A stretch of 64,000 nucleotides of DNA. It comes from Spirochaetia bacterium. Its GTDB lineage: Bacteria; Spirochaetota; Spirochaetia; DSM-2461. The stretch is taken from the NCBI GenBank assembly GCA_963666985.2, contig CAXXIA010000002.1, positions 256,001-320,000 of the forward strand, written 5' to 3'. This document shows, in pieces, positions 26,675 to 36,091 of this stretch. Each line of letters opens with the position of its first letter. Within the stretch, counting starts at the first letter, position 1. The translations under genes were made by a program, and so were the position numbers. The notes under the pieces are model-generated. The model searched no databases. It saw only the letters and a program-made list of their open reading frames with translations, and was not told the DNA's origin.

Positions 26675-27394
26675 ATGAAAACGTTACTCGTCATCTCCGC
26701 CGTCGTCTTGCTTGCATCCTGCGCCACGATTCCGGATTCTCAAGCCGCGATGACGGCGGAAAAATATATCCGCGGCGAGCACATCGTCGGGATTCTCTTG
26801 AAAGAAGCCGAAGAATGGAACGAGTTTTTAGAGATTCCTATTGAGGTTCGGGAACTTTCTTATCTCCATCTGATCATCCTGATTCCCCCGGAATGGACGG
26901 GCGGTGAATCCAACCCTTCTTCGGGTTCCTGGATTGTCCGCTACAGTCTTACGGGAGCCCCCGAGAATTTCTGGTACAACGTCGCGTTCCAAGCGATTCC
27001 CGGAGGAACCCCTCATGTTGTTCCCATGGCCATGGGCGAAAGCTTAACCACCAGAGAGCTTTTTGATGATGCGATCCGCGATGTCCTTTCTGCCGCCCGA
27101 ATGAAACTTCGGGAAGACGGATATGAAGTCCGCATCGAAGCCGCAGGGCCATGGAAACCCGTTGTTGCCTACACATTCCTGGTGACATCTCCAAATCTCA
27201 CAACAGGCAGTGCGGCCGAAGGCGCCTGGAGGGAAAAATGGATTGTCCGTATGAATCGTATGGACACCGAGGTTTGGCTTGACTTCCTGCCGGACGGCGA
27301 GGGAGGTACGAATATCGTGGTAACCGTTGAAACGGAGGAGCGTTCGGAAGGGCCGATGCCGCTTCAAGCGGCTCCCGATTTCGAATCGGCGTAA
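26675..27394 (+). CDS. Hypothetical lipoprotein
   Basis: GGGGAGA RBS; MKTLLVISAVVLLAS-C lipobox. Confidence 0.7.
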   Translation: MKTLLVISAVVLLASCATIPDSQAAMTAEKYIRGEHIVGILLKEAEEWNEFLEIPIEVRELSYLHLIILIPPEWTGGESNPSSGSWIVRYSLTGAPENFWYNVAFQAIPGGTPHVVPMAMGESLTTRELFDDAIRDVLSAARMKLREDGYEVRIEAAGPWKPVVAYTFLVTSPNLTTGSAAEGAWREKWIVRMNRMDTEVWLDFLPDGEGGTNIVVTVETEERSEGPMPLQAAPDFESA

Positions 27395-27479
27395 AGAACA
27401 GCCGATTAAAGCCGTGCCGTGAAACAGCCCCACGCAAGCAAACAGTCCGAAGTACCAGCCATTGGAGTATAAATTCGAT

Positions 27480-27510
27480 AAAAAAGGACGGCCTTTATCG
27501 ACCGTCCTTT
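27480..27510 (-). terminator. Intrinsic terminator of thrS (possibly bidirectional)
   Basis: AAAGGACGG...CCGTCCTTT hairpin with adjacent A-run on the plus strand. Confidence 0.75.
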
Positions 27511-27534
27511 GATTTCATTGCCAATTAAACCTTC

Positions 27535-29295
27535 TTAGGGCATTTCCTTCTTCTCGATTTTCTCCAGAATCATCGCGATCGCTTCATCCAGGCCCAGATC
27601 GATCTTCTCGCCGGTGCGCACTCGGATACTCACCGACTTCTCTTCGGCTTCCCTGCCGCCCACCACGAGCATGTAGGGAACCTTCTGCGTCTGATGATGG
27701 CGAATCTTGGCGTTCATCCGGTCGTTGCCCAAATCGGCCTCGGTTCGGATTCCGGCAGCCTTGAGCGCTTTATTCACCTCGGCGGCATAATCGTCGAAGG
27801 TCGGAGCCACCGGAATAACCACGGCCTGAACCGGCGAAAGCCAAACAGGGAAGGCACCGCCGTAATTCTCAATCAGCACGCCGAAGAACCGCTCCAAACT
27901 TCCCAAAAGGGCCCTATGAATCATATAGGGGCGCTTCTCCTGACCATCCTTATCGGTGAAGGTCATGTTGAAGCGCTCCGGCAGATTAAAGTCGAACTGA
28001 ATCGTGGAAAGCTGCCAGGAACGCCCCAGGGCGTCTTTCACCTTCAGGTCGATCTTCGGCCCGTAGAACGCGCCGCCTCCCTCGTCGATATCGTACTCCA
28101 GCCCTTCGGTCTCCAAGGCTTCCTTCAGGGACTCCTGGGCCGCCACCCATCTGGCCGGATCTCCCACCGCCTTCTCCGGACGGGTGGAAAGATAGGCCGA
28201 AATGTCCTCGAATCCGAAGGAGCGCAGCATGAAGAGGCTGAAGCGGAGCACTTCCAGGATTTCATCCTGCATCTGCTCGGGAGTACAGATAAGATGGGCA
28301 TCATCCTGTGTGAATCCCCGCACCCGCATCAGACCGTGAAGAGTTCCCGAGCGCTCGTAGCGGTACACGGTTCCCAGTTCCGCCCAGCGGTAAGGCAAGT
28401 CGCGGTAGGAATGCTTTCCGTTGTTGTAAATCATCACATGGAAGGGACAGTTCATGGGCTTGGCGTAATAATCGGCCTTGTCCATCACCATGTTCGGATA
28501 CATGCCTTCGGCGTAAAAATCCAAGTGCCCCGAAGTTTCCCAGAGCCAGCTCTTGCCGACATGCGGCGTAAAGACAATCTCGTAGCCGTTCTTGTAATGC
28601 TCCTTGCGCCAGAAATCCTCCACGGCCACCCGAATGCGGCCGCCTTTGGGATGCCAGTACACAAGTCCCGGACCGGCCTCCTCATGGAGAGAGAACAAAT
28701 CCAGTTCCTTGCCCAGCCGCCGATGATCGCGCCGTTCGAGTTCTTCCAGATGTTCCAGATGAGCTTTGAGCTGTTTCGGATCGCCCCAGGCCGTGCCGTA
28801 GATGCGCTGCAGCATGGGACGCTTCTCATCACCCCGCCAGTAGGCGCCCGCGATGGAAAGAAGCTTAAAGCCCTGAGCGTTCAATCGGCCGGTCGATTCC
28901 ACGTGGGGACCGCGGCAGAGATCAACAAAATCTCCCATCGTGTAGAGGGAAATCTCCTCGTCCTTGGGCAGATCGTTAATCAACTCAATCTTGTAGGGCT
29001 GATCCGCGAAGCGTTCCAGAGCCGCATCGCGCGAAACCACATCCTTTTCAAAGGGAAGATCGGCCTTGATGAGCTCGGCCATGTGGCCTTCAATCACCTC
29101 CAGATCTTCGGGGGTGAGTTTCCGCGGTAAATCGAAATCGTAGTAAAAACCGTTTTCAATGGCCGGACCGATGGCGATTTTTGCCTCGGGAAACACCTTC
29201 AGCACGCCCGCGGCCATCACGTGCGCCATGGAGTGGCGCATCCGCTGGAGTTTTTCCAGCTTTTTCCGATCCTTGTCGGAGAGCTTTTCGCTCAT
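27535..29295 (-). CDS. thrS: Threonine--tRNA ligase
   Basis: RHSMAH, DLCRGPH, GAYWRG, KPMNCP, RVRGFTQDDAH, GAFYGPK, HRALLGSLERF; start reassigned to ATG 29295 with GGAGG RBS. Confidence 0.97.
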   Translation of the reverse strand: MSEKLSDKDRKKLEKLQRMRHSMAHVMAAGVLKVFPEAKIAIGPAIENGFYYDFDLPRKLTPEDLEVIEGHMAELIKADLPFEKDVVSRDAALERFADQPYKIELINDLPKDEEISLYTMGDFVDLCRGPHVESTGRLNAQGFKLLSIAGAYWRGDEKRPMLQRIYGTAWGDPKQLKAHLEHLEELERRDHRRLGKELDLFSLHEEAGPGLVYWHPKGGRIRVAVEDFWRKEHYKNGYEIVFTPHVGKSWLWETSGHLDFYAEGMYPNMVMDKADYYAKPMNCPFHVMIYNNGKHSYRDLPYRWAELGTVYRYERSGTLHGLMRVRGFTQDDAHLICTPEQMQDEILEVLRFSLFMLRSFGFEDISAYLSTRPEKAVGDPARWVAAQESLKEALETEGLEYDIDEGGGAFYGPKIDLKVKDALGRSWQLSTIQFDFNLPERFNMTFTDKDGQEKRPYMIHRALLGSLERFFGVLIENYGGAFPVWLSPVQAVVIPVAPTFDDYAAEVNKALKAAGIRTEADLGNDRMNAKIRHHQTQKVPYMLVVGGREAEEKSVSIRVRTGEKIDLGLDEAIAMILEKIEKKEMP

Positions 29296-29344
29296 GAGTA
29301 CCTCCGGAATCGGAGGAGTACGGCAGGGTTTTTGGGTGATCCCC

Positions 29345-29652
29345 AAAGCCGTCTCATCCGATCCTATTACAGATCGTGAGGACGACTGCCTAAAGCGGCC
29401 GCGGTACCACCCCACTTCGCATCGATTATGGTTCCTCGCATCGATACGCACTCTCGCCCCGTTTCGTGGGGAGACGATCCGGTCTACTAAGCGGTGCGCG
29501 TTTCCAAGAAAAACGCAGCGCCGTTCGGCGGATGGCTCGGGAGGGGTTTTCAACCGGTTCGGGACAGCCGCCTTTCAGCCCGGCCGTAAAAAAACGGCGC
29601 CGTGCGGCTTCTCTTTCGACCCAAAGAACGATTTACTCGTCTCCGTCGCTGC
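29345..29652 (-). ncRNA. T-box riboswitch leader of thrS (Thr specifier ACC)
   Basis: Minus strand: GCGA..GAGTA, AGAGA and GCTGAAAG boxes, specifier loop GAAA-ACC-C (29547-29545), T-box GGGTGGTACCGCG, downstream hairpin; TTGACA at 29692-29687. Confidence 0.88.
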
Positions 29653-29722
29653 CTGTATATGCGAATATCGGAATCTGAGCCGTTTCTGTCAAGAGCACGC
29701 GGCCTTCAAGAGCCCTATTCTT

Positions 29723-30748
29723 CTAATAAGTCCACAAAGCGCAGAACTCAAGTCCTATTCTGTAAAAAGAAAAACCGGCCACACCGGCCGTAGAAAAAGA
29801 AAGCCCGGAATCATAGTTGTATCTTCCCAAACCTTTGGTTTCAATCAACGTTACGTACGTCGCCTTCAGATCCGCGGAAAAATTACCGGAAGTGCGAAAC
29901 CCCGTTCGAACGGCTAAATCGATCCAGGGACCGCCGACGGCCGAATCATAAATATTCAAGCCGCGAAAAATATGATGGTCATGAGAAAAAGCGAGAACCG
30001 GTCCGGCTTTGGCGGTCAATTCCAAAAAAGGTATCCGCCAGTCCAATTTCGCACTGATGATTCCAAGAAGCGCGTGATAAGCAACCTGATAATCGATACC
30101 GTTTTCTCCGTAATAGGATGAACTCATTTCGGTATTCCGAAATCCATCTTCGGGATAGGTTCCGAACGGTGCGGGATAATCGCCATATTCGTAATAGGTT
30201 GAATACACCGAATCCACCACCTTATCGGTCCAGGCCCACCAATCCAAGTGGTAGCCGAATCCGCAGGAGAGGGTAAAAAACCGCCTCTCCATCACGTTCC
30301 ATAAACCGTCGACATCCAGAAGAAAACCCCAGCGAAGAGTCACGTCGCTCAAAGACCAATGGCTCCAGTCCCGGTCGGTGTAAAACCAGTCGTAATCTTC
30401 CATCTGTCCGACAGGCAAGCCCGGACAGGCGGCATCCAGGCCGAGATTCAAAACAAACTGTTTTCCCGAGTTCCACCGGGCCTCGATTCCTACGGTGGGA
30501 ACGTTCATCAAATCCCAAAGAAGAAGACTTAAATACTCGTTCTGATTTTCAACGCCGCTTGTATCGTAAACGATTTCGGAGGCCCGGCCCCAATGAATGC
30601 CGGCGGTCGGGCCCAAAACCCATCCTTTCTCTTCCTCATCGGCCCAAAGCCCGCAGGAAAGTCCCAAAAATAAAACAAAGATAAAAATCAGGGACCGGCC
30701 GGTAGATCTCTTAAGCAAGTTTTCCGAAAATCGCGAAAAAAACATCAT
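29723..30748 (-). CDS. Omptin-family outer-membrane protease (start uncertain)
   Basis: Signal peptide; SLLLW, GQMEDYDW and DHH motifs match the two omptin catalytic pairs; C-terminal aromatic residue. Confidence 0.8.
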   Translation of the reverse strand: MMFFSRFSENLLKRSTGRSLIFIFVLFLGLSCGLWADEEEKGWVLGPTAGIHWGRASEIVYDTSGVENQNEYLSLLLWDLMNVPTVGIEARWNSGKQFVLNLGLDAACPGLPVGQMEDYDWFYTDRDWSHWSLSDVTLRWGFLLDVDGLWNVMERRFFTLSCGFGYHLDWWAWTDKVVDSVYSTYYEYGDYPAPFGTYPEDGFRNTEMSSSYYGENGIDYQVAYHALLGIISAKLDWRIPFLELTAKAGPVLAFSHDHHIFRGLNIYDSAVGGPWIDLAVRTGFRTSGNFSADLKATYVTLIETKGLGRYNYDSGLSFSTAGVAGFSFYRIGLEFCALWTY

Positions 30749-30879
30749 TATGGATTCCACGCAAGCGCTTTTTCTTTTACTGATTCCCAAAAGTTCCTCC
30801 TTAAGCGACTTGCCCGGCGTACCCCGACGCCGTACTTTAAATCCATCGGTATTATATCACACGGCGACGGAGGATTATC

Positions 30880-31334
30880 ATGCTGCAAAAAGGCGATAAA
30901 GCACCGCAATTTACACTCAAAGACGATGAAGAACGTGAGGTTTCACTCTCCGACTTTGCCGGTAAAACAATCGTTGTCTATTTCTACCCGAAGGACAACA
31001 CTCCCGGCTGTACGAAGGAAGCGTGTGCTTTCCGCGATGTGTATGACGATATTCTGGCACAAGGCGGCGTTGTTCTGGGCATCAGCGCCGATTCAGCGAA
31101 AAGCCATGCGAATTCAAAAAGAAATTCGATTTGCCCTTTCATCTCTTAAGCGATCCGGAGAAAGAAGTCATTCAATCCTACGGCGCCTGGGGGAAGAAAA
31201 AGAATTACGGAAGGGAATACATGGGACTCATCCGCTCCACCTTCGTCGTCGGTCCGGACGGCACTATTCTCAAGGTTTTTCCCAAGGTAAAACCCGACGA
31301 TCATGCGGCTGAGATTCTGGAACTGCTTTCGTGA
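30880..31334 (+). pseudogene. bcp: Thioredoxin-dependent peroxiredoxin Bcp, frameshifted by an apparent 1-nt deletion near 31111
   Basis: YFYPKDNTPGCTKEAC in the first frame; LPFHLLSD..YGAW..IRSTF in the -1 frame. Confidence 0.85.
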
Positions 31335-32887
31335 TTCTCTTCCGCAGCGCCCACGTCCCCATGGGGCGGGATAAACGCCTTCATATCGGCGAATGGACCC
31401 TTTCACCCGGAGAACTGTGGGTTATCGCCGGTTCCGGCGGTACGGGAAAAAGCTCCCTTGCCAGGGCCGTTGCCGGCGTACCCGATTCCTCGGGACGTCC
31501 TCCCCGGGTGCCGGGTCTGGAGAGGCGGCCTCCGAACAACACCGAAGGTGCCTGGATTTCTTTCGACCGGGAACGGGAAATCCGAGCGGAATTACGGCGC
31601 GACGATGATTCGGAATGGTCGGGCGGCCCCGACGAAGGAACCGCTCTGGATGCCTTTCTCGGGGGAGCGGAAGCCCGCTCGCTTCTCTCGCCCGAACTGC
31701 TGCGGAAACTTGAAGGTCGGGGCATCAGACATCTTTCAACAGGCGAGTTCAGGCAGGTTCTCATCGCCCGGGAAGCCGCGCGCCATCCGTCTCTGGCGGT
31801 GCTGGACGAACCCTTTGAAGGATTGGACGCGGAGGCTCGCCTCCGCTTAAGGACGCAGATTTCCGAATGGGCCAAAGGCGAAGGCATCATCGTTTTAACG
31901 GTCAACCGACGCGAAGACATTCCGGATTTCGCTTCGGGGCTGCTGCTTCTCGACGATTCGGGCGTTGCCGCTCTCGGCTCTCCCGGCGAAATCCTCAAAT
32001 CCGCGAAAGCCTCCTCCGTGCTGGGAAGCGGCGGGTGTATCGACGAGAACGAACGAATCGACGGCGACCGGACGGCGACCGCCGCGATCGGGACCGACGG
32101 CTGTAGAAAGAATTCTTCCGAAGTTTCTTCAAATCCTCTTCCGCCGAAGCCTTTCGATCGCCCTTCCTTTTCCGGCCCCTTAATTGAAATGAAAAATGTG
32201 TCTCTGGCATACGGCGGCCGTCCCGTTCTCGATGGTATCGACTGGAGGGTTTCGCCCGGCGAATCCTGGCTTCTGACCGGCCCGAACGGATCGGGAAAAA
32301 CAACGCTTCTCAATCTTATCAGCGGCGATGAACCCAGAGGCTTCGGACAGGATTTATGGATTTTCGGAAGAAAAAAAGGAAGCGGCGAATCCATAACCGA
32401 GATTAAAAAGAATCTTGGGCATGTCTCCGCCGCTCTTCAGGAATCGGCATCCCGCCACGCGACGCCGCTGGAAATCGTCGGAAGCGGACTCAGGGATTCC
32501 CTGGTACTCTCACCGCCGCCTGACGGATATGAAAGCGCTTTGGTCCGAAGCTGGCTGAAAGTCGTCGGTTTGGCGAACGTCTCCGAAATCCCGTTCTTCC
32601 GTCTTCCTTACGGAGATCGCCGATTGGCCATGATTGCCCGGGCCATGATTAAGCATCCGCCGCTCTTGCTGCTGGATGAGCCCATGCACGGCCTGGATTC
32701 GGCCGCGCGAAAAAAAATCTCAGACCTTATCGATCGGGTTATTCGCGAAACAAAAACTTCGGTCCTCTTCGTCAGTCACCGGCCCGAAGACGCACCGGCT
32801 TCCGTGATGAACCATATCCGGCTTATACCGGATCCGAACGGCGGTCCGTCGCAGGCGCGTATCGCCTGCCGGGAAACCGGCGAATAA
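31331..32887 (+). CDS. ModF-like ABC protein with two ATPase domains
   Basis: GSGGTGKS/LSTGE/LDEPFEGLD and GPNGSGKT/LLLDEPMHGLD. Confidence 0.82.
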   Translation: MILFRSAHVPMGRDKRLHIGEWTLSPGELWVIAGSGGTGKSSLARAVAGVPDSSGRPPRVPGLERRPPNNTEGAWISFDREREIRAELRRDDDSEWSGGPDEGTALDAFLGGAEARSLLSPELLRKLEGRGIRHLSTGEFRQVLIAREAARHPSLAVLDEPFEGLDAEARLRLRTQISEWAKGEGIIVLTVNRREDIPDFASGLLLLDDSGVAALGSPGEILKSAKASSVLGSGGCIDENERIDGDRTATAAIGTDGCRKNSSEVSSNPLPPKPFDRPSFSGPLIEMKNVSLAYGGRPVLDGIDWRVSPGESWLLTGPNGSGKTTLLNLISGDEPRGFGQDLWIFGRKKGSGESITEIKKNLGHVSAALQESASRHATPLEIVGSGLRDSLVLSPPPDGYESALVRSWLKVVGLANVSEIPFFRLPYGDRRLAMIARAMIKHPPLLLLDEPMHGLDSAARKKISDLIDRVIRETKTSVLFVSHRPEDAPASVMNHIRLIPDPNGGPSQARIACRETGE

Positions 32888-32910
32888 CCCGCTCTTTTAA
32901 GAGGGAGCAC

Positions 32911-33684
32911 TCAGCCGGGGATTTCTCCGACGCCGCCGAGCACGTATTTCGGCCGATAAGCGAAATTCTCAATTTCCCTCTCGTCGGTTACGCCGCTGAG
33001 AACAAGAACCGTATCGATCATCGACTCCACCCCGGCGACGATGTCGGTATCCATCCGGTCTCCGATAATAACGGTTTCTTCCCGCTGAACGCCGATACGC
33101 CCCAGAGCGTTGCGCATCATCAGAGGGTTGGGCTTTCCGATAAAATAAGCCTTCTTTCCGGTGGAAAGCTCGATGGGCGCCACCAGGGAGCCCGTACCGG
33201 GAGCGATTCCGCCTTCAACGGGACCGGTCAAATCGGGATTGCAGCCGATGAGTTTGGCTCCCCTGCGTACAAGATTCACCGCCCTTTCCAAAGTTTCGAA
33301 ATTGTACGTTTTGGTTTCACCGATTACCACGTAATCCGGATCGACCGCATTCATCGAATATCCCGATTCATAAAGCGCGTTGATAATTCCGGCGTCTCCG
33401 ACGACATAGGCGCTGCCTCCGGGATTCTGTTCCGCCAGAAACTGAGCCGTGGCCAAAGCACTTGTATAAAAATGCTCCACGCTGACATCAAGTCCCAGCC
33501 GAAGGAGTTTCTCCCTAAGCTCTCTCGGTGAATATCCCGAATTATTGGTAAGAAACAGGTATTCCTTTCCTTCGGTGTTCAGCCAAGATAGAAACTCTTT
33601 GACTCCCGGCAGAAGCTGATTTCCATGATAAATAACACCGTCCATGTCGCAGATGAAGGCCTTTTTGCTGCGCAATCGCTCCAT
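32911..33684 (-). CDS. nagD: HAD-IIA hydrolase (NagD-like)
   Basis: DMDGVIY, LTNN, GKP, IGDRMDTDI, VLSGVT. Confidence 0.88.
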   Translation of the reverse strand: MERLRSKKAFICDMDGVIYHGNQLLPGVKEFLSWLNTEGKEYLFLTNNSGYSPRELREKLLRLGLDVSVEHFYTSALATAQFLAEQNPGGSAYVVGDAGIINALYESGYSMNAVDPDYVVIGETKTYNFETLERAVNLVRRGAKLIGCNPDLTGPVEGGIAPGTGSLVAPIELSTGKKAYFIGKPNPLMMRNALGRIGVQREETVIIGDRMDTDIVAGVESMIDTVLVLSGVTDEREIENFAYRPKYVLGGVGEIPG

Positions 33685-33739
33685 GTAACTTTTCTCTCCT
33701 CTGCCGGAACCGCCTGAAATATCGGCGGATTACGGCCGA

Positions 33740-34930
33740 TTAACTCTCGTTATCCCGAACCAGAACCCAAACATCGTCCGCCGGCGAGGCACCCAAACCC
33801 CATCGGCTTCCCGGCAGCCGTTTCGTATCCGTTTCCCAGACTATCATGCGGCGGGCATGCACGGCGTCGGCCTCATCCAGCGTTTTCAACAGCCTATCCC
33901 AGTTCTTATTGTCCACAATAAAACGGGAGATGTCGAATTCGTCACCCGGCGAACCGGGAGGCGGAGCAAGATTATTATCAAAATCAAAGGCTCCGGACAG
34001 CCTCCGTCCATGCCGGGAAAGCTCCGTTACAGCGCTCCGAAGTTCCGGCGTGAGAGACCGTATACCGAAAGGGAAGGCCAGAGTCCGAACGCTTTTCGCT
34101 TCCCCTCCGGCATATTCATCCAGGATTTCCCAACAAGACATCAGATCCTCCGCGAAAGCGGCCGGTTCCAAATCATAAGCATAGATATGACTCATCGTGT
34201 GAAGACCGAGGATGAAATTATCGTCAAGATAACGGATTTTTTCGGAAATAACGGGAACGCCCCTGTAGGGAAAGCCGGGATTCACCGCCCCGTCCAGCTG
34301 CCGAAACGGAACGGCGTCGAACGAGACATAAAAAGTAAAATTAATCCGGCCGTCTTCCCGCGGAATATACCGTTCGAGAATATCCACCATACAGTCCCGA
34401 TCCAGCAGAGGTTTTCCGAAAAATCGCACCACCCGACCGGTGAGTCTGTCGCCGTGGGTCTGGTAAATCATGTTTCCGTGAGAAGCATCATCGGATCCCA
34501 TAACGATGGGCTTCAGGCCGGTCGGAACGCGGGAGAAATCCCCTTCGATGTACTGATAATCGGACACCAGGTACCAGCCGTCATCTTTGATGAGTCTGCA
34601 GAGACGGCGGAATCTCTCGGGCGAGAGCGCGTATTTATCCTCGCGGCTGATTTTATGCAGACACAAGATGGGGACTTCGCCCTCACATGCCTTTTCCGCA
34701 AGAAACACCACATCTTTCTCGCGGCGAATCATCCATTCCTCGTATCCGCCGTGTTCCGCCAGAAATTCGTAGGGATCGACGCCGTCGGGAACTTCCAGGC
34801 TTTCGGTTAACGAAGGCCTGTCGTAACGGTCTTTCACATAAAGCCAAAAGACATCGGCCGCGGGCAGAGGCAAGACCGCGATGGTCAATAGATGGAGGGC
34901 AAGGCAGGGAAGCTTCAAAATCCTCATCAC
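33740..34930 (-). CDS. Secreted polysaccharide-deacetylase-like protein
   Basis: Signal peptide; VPILCLH, PIVMGSDD, LHTMSH, LAFPFG resemble NodB/CE4 motifs. Confidence 0.6.
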   Translation of the reverse strand: MMRILKLPCLALHLLTIAVLPLPAADVFWLYVKDRYDRPSLTESLEVPDGVDPYEFLAEHGGYEEWMIRREKDVVFLAEKACEGEVPILCLHKISREDKYALSPERFRRLCRLIKDDGWYLVSDYQYIEGDFSRVPTGLKPIVMGSDDASHGNMIYQTHGDRLTGRVVRFFGKPLLDRDCMVDILERYIPREDGRINFTFYVSFDAVPFRQLDGAVNPGFPYRGVPVISEKIRYLDDNFILGLHTMSHIYAYDLEPAAFAEDLMSCWEILDEYAGGEAKSVRTLAFPFGIRSLTPELRSAVTELSRHGRRLSGAFDFDNNLAPPPGSPGDEFDISRFIVDNKNWDRLLKTLDEADAVHARRMIVWETDTKRLPGSRWGLGASPADDVWVLVRDNES

Positions 34931-34992
34931 ACGAGTAACCTAGCAATTCCGGCGAAAGACCTCAATGGATAACCGCTTAATTGCGGCCGCAG

Positions 34993-35025
34993 AAAAAAAG
35001 CCGCCCCTGGGTTAGGAGCGGCTTT
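34993..35025 (-). terminator. Intrinsic terminator after secF
   Basis: AAAGCCGC...GCGGCTTT hairpin with a 7-T tract on the minus strand. Confidence 0.8.
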
Positions 35026-35044
35026 AGACATCTTCAAAAGACGA

Positions 35045-36091
35045 TTATTTTTTCTTCTTTTTCTTCTTCGCCTTAGCTTTGGCCCGTTTTTCCGTGGCCT
35101 CGGCGATTTCTTCCGCGGTCTGCTTCACGGGCTCGGGAGCCTGTGATTTGGAAGCGGCATGAACCGCGCCTCCAGCGGAGGAGGATCTGACCGTTCCGAG
35201 TGCGGCGCTTTTTCGCCGGACTTCCTTATCATGCCACGCCAGCAGAATGGGCGAAGCAACGAAAATCGACGAATAGGTACCGACAATAACGCCGACCGTC
35301 AGGCTCAGCGCGAAAATTCGGATGGTACCGCCGGCGAACACAACAATGGCCAATACGGCAATCAGGGTGGTAACCGAGGTGATTAACGTTCGGCTGAGAG
35401 ATTGGGAAACCGACAAATCGATAACGTCCCTGAAACTCTTATCCTTCACGATTCTCGCGTTTTCACGGATACGGTCGAAGATAACGATGGTGTCGTTCAG
35501 GGAGTATCCGATAATCGTGAGAACGGCCGCGATCGTGGCGGTTGAAAACTCAAGCCGGAAAGCGCCGATGAATCCCAACAGGAACAGGACGTCGTGAAAA
35601 ACGGCGACGATCGCCGAGACGGCGTAATTCAGTCGGAACCGAATCCAGATGTACAAAAGGATGAGACCCATGGCAATCAGGGTTACCCAGATGGTCTGAG
35701 TCGCCAGATTACTGGCGTAACTGGATCCGATGTACTCTTGGCTGATGATTTCGACACTGCCGAATTTCGCCTCCAGCTTTTCGGCCACGGCGTTTGAAGT
35801 GGTCTGCTGGAAATCCTCGATATCTTTGTTGTCGGGGATTTTAACGATAAAACGTCCGCCCTCGTCGCCCGCGGTCTGAACGGAGGGAGCGAATTCGGTC
35901 AGAACGGAACGTACGGCCTCTTCGTCGGAAGCCGCCGGAACATCCACGGTAATATTCAAACCGGCTTTGAAATCAATTCCGAAATTGAATCCGCCCGCGA
36001 CAAAAAGCGTGTAGGCCCAGAAAATCACAATGAGAACGGCCGATGTCGTCAATGCGGGGATTCGGAAGCGGGTTACTCTGAATAGTTTCAT
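35045..36091 (-). CDS. secF: Protein translocase subunit SecF
   Basis: GIDFKAG, HDV, GYSLNDTIVIFDRIRE, GTYSSIF; ATG overlaps the secD stop (TAATG). Confidence 0.95.
   Translation of the reverse strand: MKLFRVTRFRIPALTTSAVLIVIFWAYTLFVAGGFNFGIDFKAGLNITVDVPAASDEEAVRSVLTEFAPSVQTAGDEGGRFIVKIPDNKDIEDFQQTTSNAVAEKLEAKFGSVEIISQEYIGSSYASNLATQTIWVTLIAMGLILLYIWIRFRLNYAVSAIVAVFHDVLFLLGFIGAFRLEFSTATIAAVLTIIGYSLNDTIVIFDRIRENARIVKDKSFRDVIDLSVSQSLSRTLITSVTTLIAVLAIVVFAGGTIRIFALSLTVGVIVGTYSSIFVASPILLAWHDKEVRRKSAALGTVRSSSAGGAVHAASKSQAPEPVKQTAEEIAEATEKRAKAKAKKKKKKK

Noticed and set aside
29296..29553. 86-aa N-terminal extension of ThrS in the ORF track
   Set aside because: The region is the T-box leader; the RBS points to ATG 29295.
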